A DNA stretch of 64,000 nucleotides from Planctomycetota bacterium. GTDB taxonomy: Bacteria > Planctomycetota > UBA1135 > UBA2386. The notes under the pieces are model-generated. The model did not search any database. It was not told the DNA's origin and saw nothing but the letters and a program-made list of their open reading frames with translations. How positions within the stretch are numbered: position 1 is the stretch's first letter; each line of letters begins with the position of its first letter. Made by a program: the position numbers and the translations under genes. The stretch lies in contig OZ245838.1 of NCBI GenBank assembly GCA_965228735.1, forward strand, positions 2,240,001 to 2,304,000, in the 5' to 3' direction. Positions 1 to 10,100 of the stretch are shown here, piece after piece.

Positions 1-873
1 GCCCGCGGTGTGCAGCGCGGCCCGGATCGAGTGGTCGTGGAGGTGGTTCGCCAGATCTTCGATCTCGACCGCGAGCGGCCGGTCTTGCGGGAACTTCCGC
101 TGCAGCTCGCTCGCCGTCTGCCACGCCGAGCGGTAGGTCTCGATGGCGCGCGTGGCCAGGTTGGCTGACGCCGTCATCTGGCGTGACTTCGCGATCGCCT
201 GCCGGAGCAGGCCGTCGCCCTTCGTCACGGTGCGCCGGATCGGCTCGAGTCGGCGCTCCACGTAGGAACGGATTTTCTGATCGAGGCGCGCCTGCCGCTC
301 CGCCCGCCGTCGGGCCGAGCGGTCGCGCTCGAGTGTCTCGACCGCCGTCGCGAACTCGTCGAGCTCGGTCTCCGACAGCGTGTGCGGGAACCTCGTCGAC
401 AGCTGCTCGAGCAGCTCGACGGATCGCTCGATCCGATCGTTCTCGATCGCGTCCCGGAGCCAACGCTGCAGCTCACGGCCCGCCCAGGCGTCGACGAGCC
501 GGCGGGACTTCACCGGGTCCGGCGCGTCGCCGAGCCGATCGAGCGCGCCCACGACGTGCCGCATCGTCGCCTCGGGCAGATCGAGCCGCGCGGCGCGGCG
601 CGCGAGCCAGAAGTGATCGGCGAAGCTCGCCGGTGGCCGCGCGATCTCCTGCAGACGGAACGCCGACCGCGGCTCGAACTCGGCGAGCTCGTGCCGCACC
701 TCGATGCTGCCGTCGAGCCCGAGGATCCGCAGCTTGGCGGCCTCGCCGCGCACCTCGAGCACCTGGACCCGGGCGTGGGTCCCGTTCTGGAACTGCACGT
801 TCAGGATGCGGTCGTCGGGCTGCTGCTGCAGTCCGACTACGGCGATGGTCGCAACGAGTAGGGATGCGGTCAT
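1..873 (-). CDS. Secreted helical hypothetical protein, 3' end outside the window
   Basis: Not in the ORF track because it runs off the edge. Translated by hand as an open frame from ATG 873 (MTASLLVATIAVVGLQQQPDDRILNVQFQNG...) to base 1. AGGAG RBS at 881-885 and a signal-peptide-like N-terminus. Confidence 0.75.
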   Translation of the reverse strand, partial: MTASLLVATIAVVGLQQQPDDRILNVQFQNGTHARVQVLEVRGEAAKLRILGLDGSIEVRHELAEFEPRSAFRLQEIARPPASFADHFWLARRAARLDLPEATMRHVVGALDRLGDAPDPVKSRRLVDAWAGRELQRWLRDAIENDRIERSVELLEQLSTRFPHTLSETELDEFATAVETLERDRSARRRAERQARLDQKIRSYVERRLEPIRRTVTKGDGLLRQAIAKSRQMTASANLATRAIETYRSAWQTASELQRKFPQDRPLAVEIEDLANHLHDHSIRAALHTAG

Positions 874-1016
874 GGGAACACTCCTGTGGGAAGGCGGGAC
901 CTCCCGCCTCCGGTCTCCTAGGCCGCGACTGGACCGCGATTCAAGCCGCTGCGGCCGAAACGGGGCCCGCCCGTTGCGGCTGGCCGCGACCCGAACGACC
1001 GGGTCGAGAGCCCTCC

Positions 1017-3683
1017 TCAGTGACCGCCGGAGAACGGGTCGATGTCGGCGAGCGACTCGAGGTTCGCGCCCGCTTCATGGTCGAGCTCGAACAGTCGAAC
1101 GTCGTCGTCGCCGCCGTGTCGCACCGCGAGCAACCGCCGCGAGCGCGTCAGGTAGTAGCGGTATCGCGGGCGATCGGACGTGCCCGGGATCGCGTCCGAT
1201 TCGACCCAGGCAACGACGACGCTCTCGGGCCAGAGGGCGATCGCGTCGGTCAATCGTCGGTGCAGGTCCGAATCCGCGGCCGCGAGCTGGTCGAACTCCG
1301 AGCGCGTCGGGAACTCGAAGTCGAGGCCGAGTCGGTCGCGGGCGCGCGCTCCGTGCTCGTCCCAGCTCGGCAACCGCGCGCCGTCGCTCCCGAAGTCGAA
1401 CTGACCGAGCACCGCGCCGGCGTCACCGGAGAACACGGTGAGGTAGCGCGCGAACGACGCCGGATCCGGTTCGTCCTCGACGGGTTCGAAGTCGCGAATG
1501 GGCCCCGCTCGGAACAGCTCGCGGTGACGCCCCATCGGGCTCTGGTAGTAGAGGTCGTGCAGCAGTGCGACGCGGAACTCCGACACGTCGACCGACAGGC
1601 CGACGAGAGCTTCACGCATCACGGGCAACAGGCAGGCACCGCGCGACACCGCGGTCTTCGCGTGCTCGGGATCGAACTCGATCTTGCCGGGCGCCAGCCC
1701 GAGACCGCCCTCCGATCGCGGCCGCGCGAACATCTGCCGCACCAGCGGGATCCAGCTCGACTGCCCGGCAAGCACGATCCGATCCGGCCGCTGGCTGCCG
1801 ACCAGTCGCCGCGCCCGCATCACGGCGTCACGCAGCGGCGCTTCGATCGCCGAGTAGACTTCGGCAACGCTGACGGTGACCTGAGCCTGCGCCGTCGGAT
1901 GATCTGCCGACGGCTGGCCGCGCACCTCGTCGGGCAGCTGCGACAGCGCGAATCCCATCCGCACGTCGGCCCCGTCGTCGGCGCTCAACGCGACGTCCCG
2001 CGAACGGTTCTGCGCTGCCTGGAACAGCTCGCACTTCAACGTCTCCGCCCGATCCCAGAGCCACGCGAAGTTCCGCTTGGCCACCGGCACGAGCGGGGCG
2101 TCCGGGTCGGGGCGGAAGCGGGTCGGTATGAGCCGCTCGACCGCTTCCTCGACTTCGGGCGGCAGAGTGGCGGCGCCGATGTCCGCCGCCAGGCGATCCC
2201 AATGCTCGTTCACGACCGCGGCCGCGCGAGCATCGACTTGCCCTTCGGTCGCCCCCGCAGCAGCCGAACTCGGCAGCAGGAACAGTCCTGGTGCGGCCGG
2301 CTGCGGAACCGACTCCGCCACGGTCTGCTTGTGGCCGACGAACCGGTCGGGGTCGGCCAGCGCCATCGCGATCCGCCGCTTCAGGATGCGGAACACGGCC
2401 AGCGTGACCTGGTCCCCGCCGTACGGCAGGCTGTCCGAACCGCAGAGCTCGAGCCGGATGTGCAGCGACTCGCCGAACAACTCCAGGTCCGCCCGCACGT
2501 GCGCCAGGTCGATCGTGCCGCCGCCGAAGTCGAAGCAGAGCATCCGCAGCGTGTAGCGCTCCCCGACGCTCTCGCCACGCACGATCTCCTCGCGGTCGTG
2601 CCACAGATCCTGCAGCAGGCGATCCCGCGTGTCGGGATCGCGGGTCCATTCGTGCAGGTAGAACAGGCCGACCGCGCTCGCTTCGTCGAGCGACAGATCG
2701 AGGTCCTCGTCGCGATACCCGAGGCGGCGGAAGACACCCTTCCACCGATCGAGCTGGCCCTGGTCCCACGTCGGCGGGTAGGTGAGCATGAGGCGCGGCA
2801 GCCGCGCCTGCACCTTGGGGTTGTTCTGACACTGCTGGCGCACGAAGCGCCCGAGTTGGTAGACGACGTCTTCCGGCGCGATGTAGCTGGCGCTGCCCCG
2901 CAGGTCCGCGGCCAGGATGCGGCGCCGACCGAGGTGCCGCTTGCTGCCGATGAGCAGGGCGTGCGGATCCGCGTCCGGTCGGGCGCGATAGTCGGCCAAC
3001 GCCTGACGCCCGACGGCACACGCTCCGGGCACGAGCTCGCGAAGTGCGGCGAGGTCTCGAACCAGCACGGCAGCCGGGACGTTGGGGACGGCGCTCTTCG
3101 AGTGGATCGACGTGTCCAAGTCGGGGTTCCAGGTCGTTCCTCGACCCGCGTCCCGGCGGCGATGGTAGACGGCGACCGCCGCGCTGTTGGTGCCGAGGTC
3201 GACGGCCGCGTAGCCGTTGAAGTCCTCGAGGTCGACGATCTCTTCGAACGACAGACTCAGCTGCTGGGTGGCGAGGCCGTCGACCACGCCCGCGAGACGT
3301 TTGCCGTCCGTCGCGACCGGCACCAGTTCGATCACGCCATGGAACCGACCGTACGGGAAGTTGCTGTTGTCGGTGTCGACCAGCACGTCGAGCCACGACT
3401 CCCCGGGCGGCACGACGACCTGGTCGGCGCGCGCCTCCGGCGCGGACCGCGGCATCGTCAGCTCGGCAGCCACGCTGGTCAGGTCACCGACGACGACCTG
3501 CAGCCAGGAGTGCTCGGGGAAGTCGAAGCGCACGTCGAGGACGATCGGCCCCCCGCTCGTGTTCTCGACGATGCAGTGCTTGCGGAGGATGCCGGTCCGC
3601 CGCGAGACGGTGGGGAACGCCATGAGCGGCGTGCGCAGAACGAGGGCGCCCGGGCCCCCGACCTCGGTCTCGGACTTGACCAT
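1017..3683 (-). CDS. Hsp70/actin-like ATPase-fold protein with N-terminal beta-rich (Ig-like) extension; not a canonical DnaK
   Basis: Motifs AVDLGTNS (phosphate-1), LTYPPTW, LDEASAVG, FDFGGGTIDL (phosphate-2), YGGDQVT, AETLKCEL, LAGQSSWIPLV (adenosine), AKTAVSRGA. About 150 aa extra N-terminus. ATG overlaps the upstream stop (TGATG at 3681-3685). Confidence 0.85.
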   Translation of the reverse strand: MVKSETEVGGPGALVLRTPLMAFPTVSRRTGILRKHCIVENTSGGPIVLDVRFDFPEHSWLQVVVGDLTSVAAELTMPRSAPEARADQVVVPPGESWLDVLVDTDNSNFPYGRFHGVIELVPVATDGKRLAGVVDGLATQQLSLSFEEIVDLEDFNGYAAVDLGTNSAAVAVYHRRRDAGRGTTWNPDLDTSIHSKSAVPNVPAAVLVRDLAALRELVPGACAVGRQALADYRARPDADPHALLIGSKRHLGRRRILAADLRGSASYIAPEDVVYQLGRFVRQQCQNNPKVQARLPRLMLTYPPTWDQGQLDRWKGVFRRLGYRDEDLDLSLDEASAVGLFYLHEWTRDPDTRDRLLQDLWHDREEIVRGESVGERYTLRMLCFDFGGGTIDLAHVRADLELFGESLHIRLELCGSDSLPYGGDQVTLAVFRILKRRIAMALADPDRFVGHKQTVAESVPQPAAPGLFLLPSSAAAGATEGQVDARAAAVVNEHWDRLAADIGAATLPPEVEEAVERLIPTRFRPDPDAPLVPVAKRNFAWLWDRAETLKCELFQAAQNRSRDVALSADDGADVRMGFALSQLPDEVRGQPSADHPTAQAQVTVSVAEVYSAIEAPLRDAVMRARRLVGSQRPDRIVLAGQSSWIPLVRQMFARPRSEGGLGLAPGKIEFDPEHAKTAVSRGACLLPVMREALVGLSVDVSEFRVALLHDLYYQSPMGRHRELFRAGPIRDFEPVEDEPDPASFARYLTVFSGDAGAVLGQFDFGSDGARLPSWDEHGARARDRLGLDFEFPTRSEFDQLAAADSDLHRRLTDAIALWPESVVVAWVESDAIPGTSDRPRYRYYLTRSRRLLAVRHGGDDDVRLFELDHEAGANLESLADIDPFSGGH

Positions 3684-5983
3684 CAGGCCGCCCCTCCTTC
3701 GGCGCGCGCCGGCACCGCAACCGGGTCACCGCTCGCCAGCGCCGGCAGCTCGTCCTCGAGCGCCGCGATGCGACGGCACAACTCGATCGTGCTCATCAGC
3801 TCGGCCCAGCGGTTCCGCGCCACCGGCAGCCCTTCGGGACCGGCAGGCGGCCGCGGCAGCCGGGCCCGGTCCGTCGCGTGGCGCTGCCCGAGCGCGCCTT
3901 CGGCGGCGACGAAGAACTCGTCGAGCTCACGTTCGAGGTCTTCCCCGTCGAGGAACAGGTGCAGCCACAGGTCGTCGAGCAGCCGCGTGTAGATGTTCTC
4001 GTAGATCCACCCCGGGTAGAACTCGCAGAACACCGAGACGAGCAGGCTCTTGAGCTGCGCCGCGGGCACGCGGCGGTTGAGCCGCCGCAGTTCGCGGCCG
4101 CGCGGCATGTGGAAGAACCCGTGCCGGACGATGCCCTGCACCGAGTGCCGCAGCGTGCCCTCGAACCGCGTGAGCAACCGGTCGAGCCGCTCACACTGCT
4201 CGGGCGCGCCGTTCAGCAGGCCCTCGACGTCGCGGCGCGCTCCGCCTGCGAGGACGCGTTCACGGAAGACGCGCCGCACATGGCCATCGACCGCTTCGAT
4301 CACCCGCGCCTGCAGGTCCTGCCGGATCTGATCCGCGGCGTTGTCCGCGATGATCTGGAAGTCGAACTCGGCCACCGGGTCCTCGCGGAGCGGCGCCTGC
4401 AGAATGGGCCGTTCGAAGTGCGCCGCGATCGCGCTCTGCATGTCGGCGTGCAGGCGGTCGAGGATGCGATGGAGATCCTTGCGCAGCCCGCCACCGGTCG
4501 CACCCGCCTGCAGGTAGCCGTGGCGGAAGTGCTGAACCAGGCCGACGAGTCGATCGCGCTGCTCGCGATGGGCCTCGAGCACCGCCTGCCGCTGCAGGTC
4601 CACGGGATCGGTGTCGCGGTACTTCTCGAACTGCGGCGCAGCGGCGGCTTCGAGGTCTGCAAGGGCAGCCTGCAGGTTGTCCACCACCTCCCGGATCTTG
4701 CCGGGGAACGCATCCGTGTCGAGGAACCGCCGGATCCGCGACCGCAGATAGCCGACACCGCCCGGATCGGTCGGCTGACCGAACGGCTCCACCCACCGGT
4801 CGAGCCCGGGCAGGCGCGACGCAACCGACCGGAACACCTCACCGAGGCGCGCCGCCTCGGCGCGGGCCGACTCGTCACCCTGGCGCGCCGCGCGACCGAG
4901 CGCCGCCGACGCGAGGAAGAAGCGCTCCCGCGGCAGGTCGTTGCCGATCGTGTCCTTCGACAGGTAGTCGACGGCCCGGACGAGTTCTTCGGGCTCGGCG
5001 CCGAACTGATCGACCTTGTTGAACACGAAGAACGTCTTCTGCTGATAGCTGCGGGTCAACCGCTGGAAGCTCGCGACCACCTCGGTGTCCGCCTGGTTGC
5101 CGGGCTGGAACGCCGTCACGACGATGCAGTCCGCCATGTTGCAGAACTCGCGAATCGCGCGCCGGTGGTAGTCCTCCTTGCAGTTCAGCCCCGGCAGATC
5201 GAGGAAGACGACGCCCTGCTCGAGCATCGGGCTCGGCACGCGCAACTCGACGTCCCCCACCAAGGCGAGCCACTCGCGGGTGACCCACAGCGTCGGATCG
5301 CCGCCCGCGTCCTCGTAGGCCCGTTCTTCCGCGGGTGTCGCGGAGAAGTAGCGGTGTCCGCCCGCGCCATCCGGCAGGATGCCGCCGCCCGCGATGAACG
5401 GCGCGCGGGCCGAGAACGGGGTCGGCAACGCGCCGATCTCGTCGTAGCGCGCGAGCAACCGGGCGAACCGCGCGATGCTCTCCTGGGCGGCTGCACCATC
5501 GACGAAGGCCGCCGGGTCGGCCGCCGCAGCGGCAGCGTGCTCGAGGGTCTCGAACGGTCGCTTGAACGCGCAATCGAGCGTCGCCCGAACGCGCGCGAAA
5601 CACTCCGCTCGATCGACGTATCGAACGCGGCACGAGGGCTCGGCACCGTGCCGAATGACCGTGCAGACGGCAGTCATCGGAATCGCCGACGCGGGCAGCA
5701 GACCGTCCTGCTCCAGCAGCAGATTCAGCAACGTCGACTTGCCGCTGCTGAACGCGCCGGTGACCGCGACCAGGAACTCGGCCTGGCTGGTGATGTCGAC
5801 CGTCCGGTTCAGCGCGTGGTTCGGATCATCCGGCCGGAAGTCCAGGTCACGCCCGCCCGAGAAGCTGCCGAGCACGCGCAGGCGCTGGAACTCCTGGGTC
5901 GCATCACGCAGGCGTTGCGCGTAGTCGTGCAGCCCCGCGAACCGCTGCCGCAGGGCCGAGGAGTCGTTGTTCTGAGTGATCAT
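3683..5983 (-). CDS. Dynamin-like GTPase (bacterial dynamin family)
   Basis: G1 VTGAFSSGKSTLLN, G2 region LPASAIPMTAV, G3 FLDLPG, G4 FNKVD, then a long helical C-terminal stalk. Start placed at ATG 5983 (MITQNND) because the longer ORF overlaps the next gene. Confidence 0.88.
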   Translation of the reverse strand: MITQNNDSSALRQRFAGLHDYAQRLRDATQEFQRLRVLGSFSGGRDLDFRPDDPNHALNRTVDITSQAEFLVAVTGAFSSGKSTLLNLLLEQDGLLPASAIPMTAVCTVIRHGAEPSCRVRYVDRAECFARVRATLDCAFKRPFETLEHAAAAAADPAAFVDGAAAQESIARFARLLARYDEIGALPTPFSARAPFIAGGGILPDGAGGHRYFSATPAEERAYEDAGGDPTLWVTREWLALVGDVELRVPSPMLEQGVVFLDLPGLNCKEDYHRRAIREFCNMADCIVVTAFQPGNQADTEVVASFQRLTRSYQQKTFFVFNKVDQFGAEPEELVRAVDYLSKDTIGNDLPRERFFLASAALGRAARQGDESARAEAARLGEVFRSVASRLPGLDRWVEPFGQPTDPGGVGYLRSRIRRFLDTDAFPGKIREVVDNLQAALADLEAAAAPQFEKYRDTDPVDLQRQAVLEAHREQRDRLVGLVQHFRHGYLQAGATGGGLRKDLHRILDRLHADMQSAIAAHFERPILQAPLREDPVAEFDFQIIADNAADQIRQDLQARVIEAVDGHVRRVFRERVLAGGARRDVEGLLNGAPEQCERLDRLLTRFEGTLRHSVQGIVRHGFFHMPRGRELRRLNRRVPAAQLKSLLVSVFCEFYPGWIYENIYTRLLDDLWLHLFLDGEDLERELDEFFVAAEGALGQRHATDRARLPRPPAGPEGLPVARNRWAELMSTIELCRRIAALEDELPALASGDPVAVPARAEGGAA

Positions 5984-6030
5984 GGGTGTCCGTTCGAGGG
6001 AATGAGCGATGGGCGGCGGACGCCGCTGCG

Positions 6031-7179
6031 TCACCGCGTGAAGTTGCCGAGCAGGCGCGTGCCGTCCGCGCTGTAGAGCGTGTAGAAGACGACGCCACGC
6101 GCGCTCGATGTCTGCCGGCTGACGAACGGGAAGCCGACGACGATCGGCTTCCGCCAGGTCCGTTCGCTCCCGACGAAGTCCAGCGGCTCGCACGGTTGCC
6201 ACGCCACGTTGCGGCCCAGCTGTTCGAGCAGCTGCGACTCGTCCTCCTGCAGGGACAGTTCGGCGAGCGCGCCCGCGTCGATCGGCGCAACCTCGACCGA
6301 GTCGATGTAGCCCGGCGTCCGCAGCTGACTCACGACGTCCGTGCGGTACGACCCGTAGCCGAACAGGAAGACGTTGTCCTGGAGCGTCTGGAACTGCCCG
6401 AGCTCGCTCTGCGCGGTGCCGTAGCGCATCTGCCGCAGGAACTGCCCGACGTCACCACGAAACCCCTCGACCTGGTAGACCGCGACCTTGGCGAGGTTGA
6501 GGCGCCAGTTGAACGACACGTCGCCCTGGCGCTTCACCCGCGTGCCGTCGCCCGCGGCGAACATGTCGCTCGCGTTGAGTTCGACGTCGACGGAGCTCGT
6601 GCCGCGGCCGAGCTCCTCGTATTCGATGGCGAACGTGCCGCCGTCCTTGCGCCGCAGCACGCCGGGCAGGCTCTCACGATACGTCACGAGAGTGCCCGCG
6701 CCGGCGGCCTCGCGCCGGGAACCCGCGGCGGGCACGACGGTCCCGCCGATCTTGAACGCGCTGCTCGCATCGGCCAGCTTGAACGAGAGGTTCGAGATCA
6801 GGATCGGGATCTCGTCGGCCGCGAGATACTGCTGCACGAGCATGCCGCGGATCTTCGCGACCTCGCGCGGGCTCTCCTGGACGCTCAATCGCAGCCGACT
6901 CGCATCGGCGGCGTCTCCGAGACTTTCCTCGAGCAACGCCTCGAACGCGCCCTCGTCGAAGTCGTTCGCCGCGGCGGCGAGACCGACGGTCAGGCGCTGG
7001 ATCGGCGCGAACTCCGGCGGCGGCACGTCAGTGCCGGCCCGCAACATGGCGTTCTCCTCCTCGAGCCGCGCGTTCTCGGCGCGCAGCTGCGCGACCTCCT
7101 GCGACAGGTTGTGACAGCCCGAGGTGGGAACGAGAAGGGTCGCCGCGACAGCGCACGGCAAGAATCGACGAAGGTGCAT
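6031..7179 (-). CDS. Hypothetical lipoprotein with N-terminal coiled coil
   Basis: MHLRRFLPCAVAATLLVPTSG-C lipobox-like signal, then heptads (LSQEVAQLRAENARLEEENAMLR). ATG 7179 overlaps the upstream TGA (TGATG). Confidence 0.75.
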   Translation of the reverse strand: MHLRRFLPCAVAATLLVPTSGCHNLSQEVAQLRAENARLEEENAMLRAGTDVPPPEFAPIQRLTVGLAAAANDFDEGAFEALLEESLGDAADASRLRLSVQESPREVAKIRGMLVQQYLAADEIPILISNLSFKLADASSAFKIGGTVVPAAGSRREAAGAGTLVTYRESLPGVLRRKDGGTFAIEYEELGRGTSSVDVELNASDMFAAGDGTRVKRQGDVSFNWRLNLAKVAVYQVEGFRGDVGQFLRQMRYGTAQSELGQFQTLQDNVFLFGYGSYRTDVVSQLRTPGYIDSVEVAPIDAGALAELSLQEDESQLLEQLGRNVAWQPCEPLDFVGSERTWRKPIVVGFPFVSRQTSSARGVVFYTLYSADGTRLLGNFTR

Positions 7180-10100
7180 CACAGGTTCGTTCTCTTGGCG
7201 GAGCCCCACACCACGGATGGCAGGGACAGTTTCTTGAGCAGCACGGCCGCGCGCTCGCGCAGCGGTGCCGGCAGCGGCTGCCGGCCGATCTCGCGCAGCG
7301 TGCTCAGGTGGTCGCGCAGCGTGTCCTTGTCCATCACGACGATCTGCGCGAGAGTCAGCGGCGCCACGGCACCGGCGATCAGGTGGTAGCTGCGGAGCGG
7401 TTCGAGTTCGGGTGCGATCGCGAGGCCAGCGAGCTTCTGCCGGTGCGCTTCGGCGAGCGTCCCGTCGTAGTCCTGCGGCCAGGTGATCTCCTGCGCGGCG
7501 CGGACCGCGTAGAGCAGGGAGTAGTGCGCGAAGGCGTCGACCGGCTCCGTCGCTTCGAGCAGCTCGAGCTGACGCTGCAACCGCGCCGCCCGCGCACGGG
7601 TGGCCGGCGCGATGCCCGTGCCACGCAGTTCGCCGGGCGCCGCCAGCAGGTCGTAGTTCGGCTCCTCGCGCACGACGCGGAAGTCGGCCAGCAAACTCGC
7701 GAACCGAACGGGCCACGCGGTCGAGCCGGCATCGACCGGCCGCTGCTCACTCGCCGCCGCATCCGCGCCGAGCGCTGCCAGATACGCGGGGGCCCAGCTC
7801 GCGGCCTCGGCCTCGCCGCCAGCCGCGCGCTCCAGGTGCGCTCGCGCGAGCTCGTCGTCGCCGTCGTAGAAGTGCGCCGTGTGGCCGCTCCAGAACAACG
7901 CCGCCGCGCGTTGCGCCGGCGTGATCCGATCCCAGACCGCCGAGTCTGCGATGACCTCGTCACGCAGGCGGCGACCGACGGTCGCCGGGTTCGTGGCCAC
8001 GCCGGCCAACAGACCACGCACGACGAGGCCCGCACGCACGTCGGCGAACGGCGGAAACGGCGCCGGCGTGACCGGTGCTGCGGCCGCGACCCGAAGTTCC
8101 TCGCAGCGGTCGAGCAGCTGCCCCGCGACCGCCGCATCGGCCTCGACGAACGCGCGGACGAACGCGGCCTCCCACGAGCTCGCTTCGGCCGGCCACGGAA
8201 CGACCTCGCCGGTCGTCAACCAGCCGAGCGCCGCCGCCGCCGCCGCGTAGCCCGGCGCGTCGACGAACGCATCGGCGCGCAGCATCGGCACCGGCGCGCC
8301 CTCGAGGAAACGCTTGAGGAACGCGGCGCGGAAGCGGGCGCGCATCGACGGGTCGTCGGCGTAGAGGCCGGCGGCAGCCGCGAACTCGCCGCGATCGAAC
8401 AGCCGATCGGCAGCCGCGCTCCGGACGCCGTCCGCCGGCCGGCCCGACTCGAGGCAGTCCAGCAACGCGGCGGAGTCGGCGCTCCCGTCGACGTAGGCCG
8501 CGAGGTGACCACGACAGTCGTCGTAGACCGCGAGCTCGACGCTGCCGAGCTCGGCGTGATCGGTCACCGCCAACTCGAAGCGGCCCGACGGCAGCGTCAC
8601 GGTGCACGCGAACTCCTCGAGCAGCTCCGCGCCTGCGAGTTCCGATTCCGTCGGCGCGCCGCCGACCGGAGTCACGAGCGCGCGATCGACCTCGATCGAC
8701 CGCGGCGAATCGGCGTCGACCGTCGCGCCCACCGGCCGCAGCGACAACGCGGAAGCGGCGGCGAGGTTGGTGCCCCGCAACACGATTCTCGTCGGCTTGC
8801 CCGGTTCGAGCAGCGCCGGCTCGACCGTGCGGACGACGGGCCGCGGTAGAACCCGGAGACTGGCCGCCGTGGGCACGGCGTCGGCCGCGGTCATCCCGAG
8901 CGCGATCCGATAGTGACCGGCCGGCACCTCGGCGCGGTAGACACCGCGCGTCACGAGTCCGGCCCCGAACTCGACGTTCGCCGGTTCGCCCGTCGACGCC
9001 GAGCGTGCCGACCCCATCGCGGAGGCCTCCGCCGGGGAAGACTTCGCCGTAGCAGATTCTGTCGGGGATGGCTCCGAGCGCGTGGCCACGGCCGCCTCGA
9101 CGGCAACCGGCACGCCGGTCGGCACCAACGCGACGACGACCGGTTCCGCACCAGCCGCAGCGCCAGGACCAGCATCCGAAGCGGCGCTCTCGCCGATCAA
9201 TCCGAGCCAGGGCATCGGTGTGGCCTCCGCGACGGCGAGCTCGAGCTCGATGCGGTCGCCGCGGCCCGGAACGACGGACTCGGGGATGGCCTCGACGAGG
9301 CGCGGGCCGACGATCCGCAGGGATTGGCCCTCGTCGAGGAACACGCCGTCGACCCGCACGCGGTAGTCGCCCTCGGCCGCCGCCGGCAGGCTGCCGGCCC
9401 GAAGCACGAAACGGCCGTCGGTGAGCGGGACCTCGATCGGGGCGCGGCCCGAGAGCGGCACGAGCGCGACATCGGCGAGGTCGTCGAGCGGGAAGCCCGC
9501 GGCTGCGGTGAGTTCGAACGGCGTATCGACGAACCGATGCGCCACGACGGGTCGCACGCCGAACCCCGGCGACCGAACGGCGAGGCCCGCCATCGCCGCT
9601 CCGGCACCGAACCGGCCGAGCGGCCGCAGTCGATAGTCCCCGACCGGCAGCGTCGCCGGCAACGGCAGCTCGTAGCGCCCCGCGGCGCCCGTCGACGCCA
9701 CGTCGATCACGGCGACCGGCTGCTCGCCCACAGGGCCTGCCGGCGCGGTCGGCAGCAGTTCGACCTGCTGGAGGTTCCGCCCCAGGAGCACGACGCTGGC
9801 GGGTCGCGACGCGAACACCGTCGCGTCCTCGATTCGTTCGAGCACCGGGCGATAGTGCTCACGCACCGCGAGACCGCCGCTCACGAGTCCGACGAGGACC
9901 ACCAGGGCGGCGGCCAGCTGCACGATCCGCGGTGTCGGATGACGGAGTCCCAAGGTGATCCCGGTCGGCATCCCGCCGAACGTCAATCGCAGCCGACCGC
10001 GCGCCTTGACGGGCGCGACCAGCAGGCGATGGCGACTCGACTCGGCATCGACATCAGCGGCCGAGGCGGACTCGCGATCGGCATCGGGCACCGGCTCGAC

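Noticed and set aside
889..912. Hairpin aggcggga-cc-tcccgcct as terminator of the dynamin operon
   Set aside because: Short GC stem without U-tract, right beside the next RBS; role cannot be assigned.
1017..3683. Calling the Hsp70-type gene dnaK or hscA
   Set aside because: Extra N-terminal domain, no canonical substrate-binding domain and no dnaJ/grpE or isc context.
183..3992. 1269 aa plus-strand ORF and similar long ORFs (3878-6076, 8913-12797, 14357-17275, 18626-22645, 22374-25481, 27961-30522, 56460-58538)
   Set aside because: Shadow frames overlapping genes with clear motifs; Arg/Ala/Pro-rich, no motifs, and expected in GC-rich DNA with few stop codons.
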